The position numbers were made by a program, and so were the translations under genes. The notes under the pieces were generated by a model. It saw only the letters and a program-made list of their open reading frames with translations. It ran no database searches and was not told the DNA's origin. A stretch of 64,000 nucleotides of DNA from an uncultured Actinomycetes bacterium (lineage in GTDB: Bacteria > Actinomycetota > Thermoleophilia > Gaiellales > Gaiellaceae). The stretch lies in the NCBI GenBank assembly GCA_963763475.1, contig CAVXOR010000003.1, positions 174,334 through 238,333 on the forward strand. The letters are read 5' to 3'. Each line of letters begins with the position of its first letter. The stretch's first letter is position 1. Positions 62,661-64,000 of the stretch are shown here, in pieces.

Positions 62661-63578
62661 ATGAAACGCAAGGCTTACGGTCGCGACGCTGGGCTGTCGC
62701 TGCGCATGCTGCTGACCGGCTCGATGCTGGGACTGCTCTACGTCCTGTTCGCGGTCGCCCTCTTCTACGTGCTGAACGCCGGCATCGTGCTGATGGTCGT
62801 GATCGTCGGGGTGATGGCCTTCGTCCAGTACTTCACCTCGGACAAGCTCGCCTTGAGGGCCGCCGGCGCGAAGGTCGTCGAGCGCGACCAGGCTCCCGAG
62901 CTGCACGACATGATCGAGCGCCTGTGCGCGATGGCCGACCTGCGCAAGCCGCGCGTCGCCGTGATCGAGAGCGACGTCCCGAACGCGTTCGCGACCGGCC
63001 GCAACCAGAAGCACGCCGCCGTCGCCGTCACGACCGGGCTCTGGGACCGGCTCGAGCCGAAGGAGGTCGAGGGCGTCCTCGCCCACGAGCTCTCGCACAT
63101 CGCCAACCGGGACGTGCTCGTGATGACGGTGGCCAGCTTCTTCGCGATGATCGCCGCGGTGCTGACGCGTGTCGGCCTCTACAGCGGCATGTTCGGCGGC
63201 ATGGGCGGCAACCGGGACAGCAACAACTCGGTTCCGATCTGGCTGGTCGTCCTCGTCGTCTCGGTGATCACGTACTTCCTCAGCCAGATCCTGATCCTCG
63301 CCATCTCGCGCTACCGCGAGTTCGCCGCCGACCGCGGGTCGGCGCTGATCACCGGCGCGCCCGAGTACCTGATGAGCGCGCTACAGAAGATCGCCAGCGG
63401 GATCACGCAGATCCCCCAGCAGGACCTGCGCGAGGTCGAGGGGATGAATGCGTTCTTCATCATCCCGACCAACTGGCGCAAGCGGGGCGGCGAGCTGTTC
63501 ATGACGCACCCGCCGCTCGAGAAGCGGCTGGCCGCGCTCAGCGAGATCGCCCGCGAGATGGGCCGGCCGGTCTCGTAG
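62661..63578 (+). CDS. htpX: Zinc metalloprotease HtpX (M48)
   Basis: AAGGAGG Shine-Dalgarno plus ATG at 62661. HELSH zinc motif; TM helices; THPPLEKR at the C-terminus. Confidence 0.92.
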   Translation: MKRKAYGRDAGLSLRMLLTGSMLGLLYVLFAVALFYVLNAGIVLMVVIVGVMAFVQYFTSDKLALRAAGAKVVERDQAPELHDMIERLCAMADLRKPRVAVIESDVPNAFATGRNQKHAAVAVTTGLWDRLEPKEVEGVLAHELSHIANRDVLVMTVASFFAMIAAVLTRVGLYSGMFGGMGGNRDSNNSVPIWLVVLVVSVITYFLSQILILAISRYREFAADRGSALITGAPEYLMSALQKIASGITQIPQQDLREVEGMNAFFIIPTNWRKRGGELFMTHPPLEKRLAALSEIAREMGRPVS

Positions 63579-63583
63579 CCCGG

Positions 63584-64000
63584 GTGGGCCTGCGGGACGT
63601 CCTCTTCGGGCGTAAGCAGCTGAAGGACGCCGCGGGCGAGCGGCTCTTCGCCATCTCGACCGCGCGGATCACGCTCGAGACCGAGCTCGACCTGAGGCCG
63701 GCCGGAGCGGCCGGCGTCTGCTTCAAGTCCCTCTCGGCCGGCGAGTTCGTGCGGGCCGAGAACGAGCTCCAGCAGCTGCTGGACGCGGTCGCCGTGGAGT
63801 CGGGCTCGAAGGTCGAGCGGCACTCGGACGAGTACGGCTACGAGTGGCTGGTCGTGCGTGACGGCGACTTCGAGGACCTCGTCACGAGCGTGCACCTCGT
63901 CGCGTCCGAGCTGGAGTCGCGCGGCTTCGGGCCGCAGCTGCTCGCGGCCGTGTTCCCGTTCGAGCGGAAGGGCTTCGACGGCGGCCGGGTGTACTGGATC
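63584..64000 (+). CDS. Partial CDS, conserved hypothetical (runs off the window end)
   Basis: GTG at 63584; open GC3-rich frame VGLRDVLFGRKQLKDAAGERLFAISTARITLE...YGYEWLVV...LVTSVHLVASELESRGFGPQLLAAVFPF... Not in the ORF track because it is unterminated. Confidence 0.6.
   Translation, partial: MGLRDVLFGRKQLKDAAGERLFAISTARITLETELDLRPAGAAGVCFKSLSAGEFVRAENELQQLLDAVAVESGSKVERHSDEYGYEWLVVRDGDFEDLVTSVHLVASELESRGFGPQLLAAVFPFERKGFDGGRVYWI

Overview
High-GC window (roughly 70% by eye) that looks like actinobacterial chromosome; a Thermoleophilia or Solirubrobacterales-like source is only a guess. Most of it is dense housekeeping sequence. It holds a non-classical succinate dehydrogenase operon (sdhA, a lipoprotein gene, sdhB, a CCG-domain subunit) and the ask-asd pair. 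It also holds the ffs-dnaX-ybaB-recR cluster with an extra cNMP-binding gene, serS, fabF, two NHEJ genes (LigD-type polymerase and an ATP-dependent ligase), pepD-dcu, htpX and five tRNAs. The tRNAs are tRNA-Val(CAC) and all four tRNA-Ser isoacceptors. Accessory content: (i) a histidine kinase with two paralogous LuxR-type response regulators (the second atypical), upstream of a >1,500-aa secreted protein containing six identical 312-bp tandem repeats; (ii) two tandem paralogous secreted proteins with poly-proline linkers and InlB-B-repeat-like C-termini; (iii) a haem-peroxidase / MBL-hydrolase / F420-LLM operon; (iv) a GAF-GGDEF-GAF-HD-GYP signalling protein; (v) two decayed tRNA-linked integrated elements. 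One element sits at tRNA-Val (about 2 kb). The other sits at tRNA-Ser(UGA) (about 4.7 kb, flanked by perfect 61-bp direct repeats) and carries an integrase fragment, HNH endonuclease, HK97-type prohead protease and an excisionase-like gene. Both elements carry a sigma-factor-like gene whose region-2-like and region-4-like halves are in different reading frames in both copies. Caveat: several genes show frame breaks, clustered at about 13.86-15.0 kb and 39.68-40.74 kb, and isolated in aspartokinase, the LigD-pol/ligase junction and a poly-Pro tract. These may be real pseudogenes or local consensus errors. Many long ORFs in the six-frame track are antisense or off-frame artefacts of high GC content. 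All coordinates, motifs and hand counts come from reading the sequence; no database searches were run.
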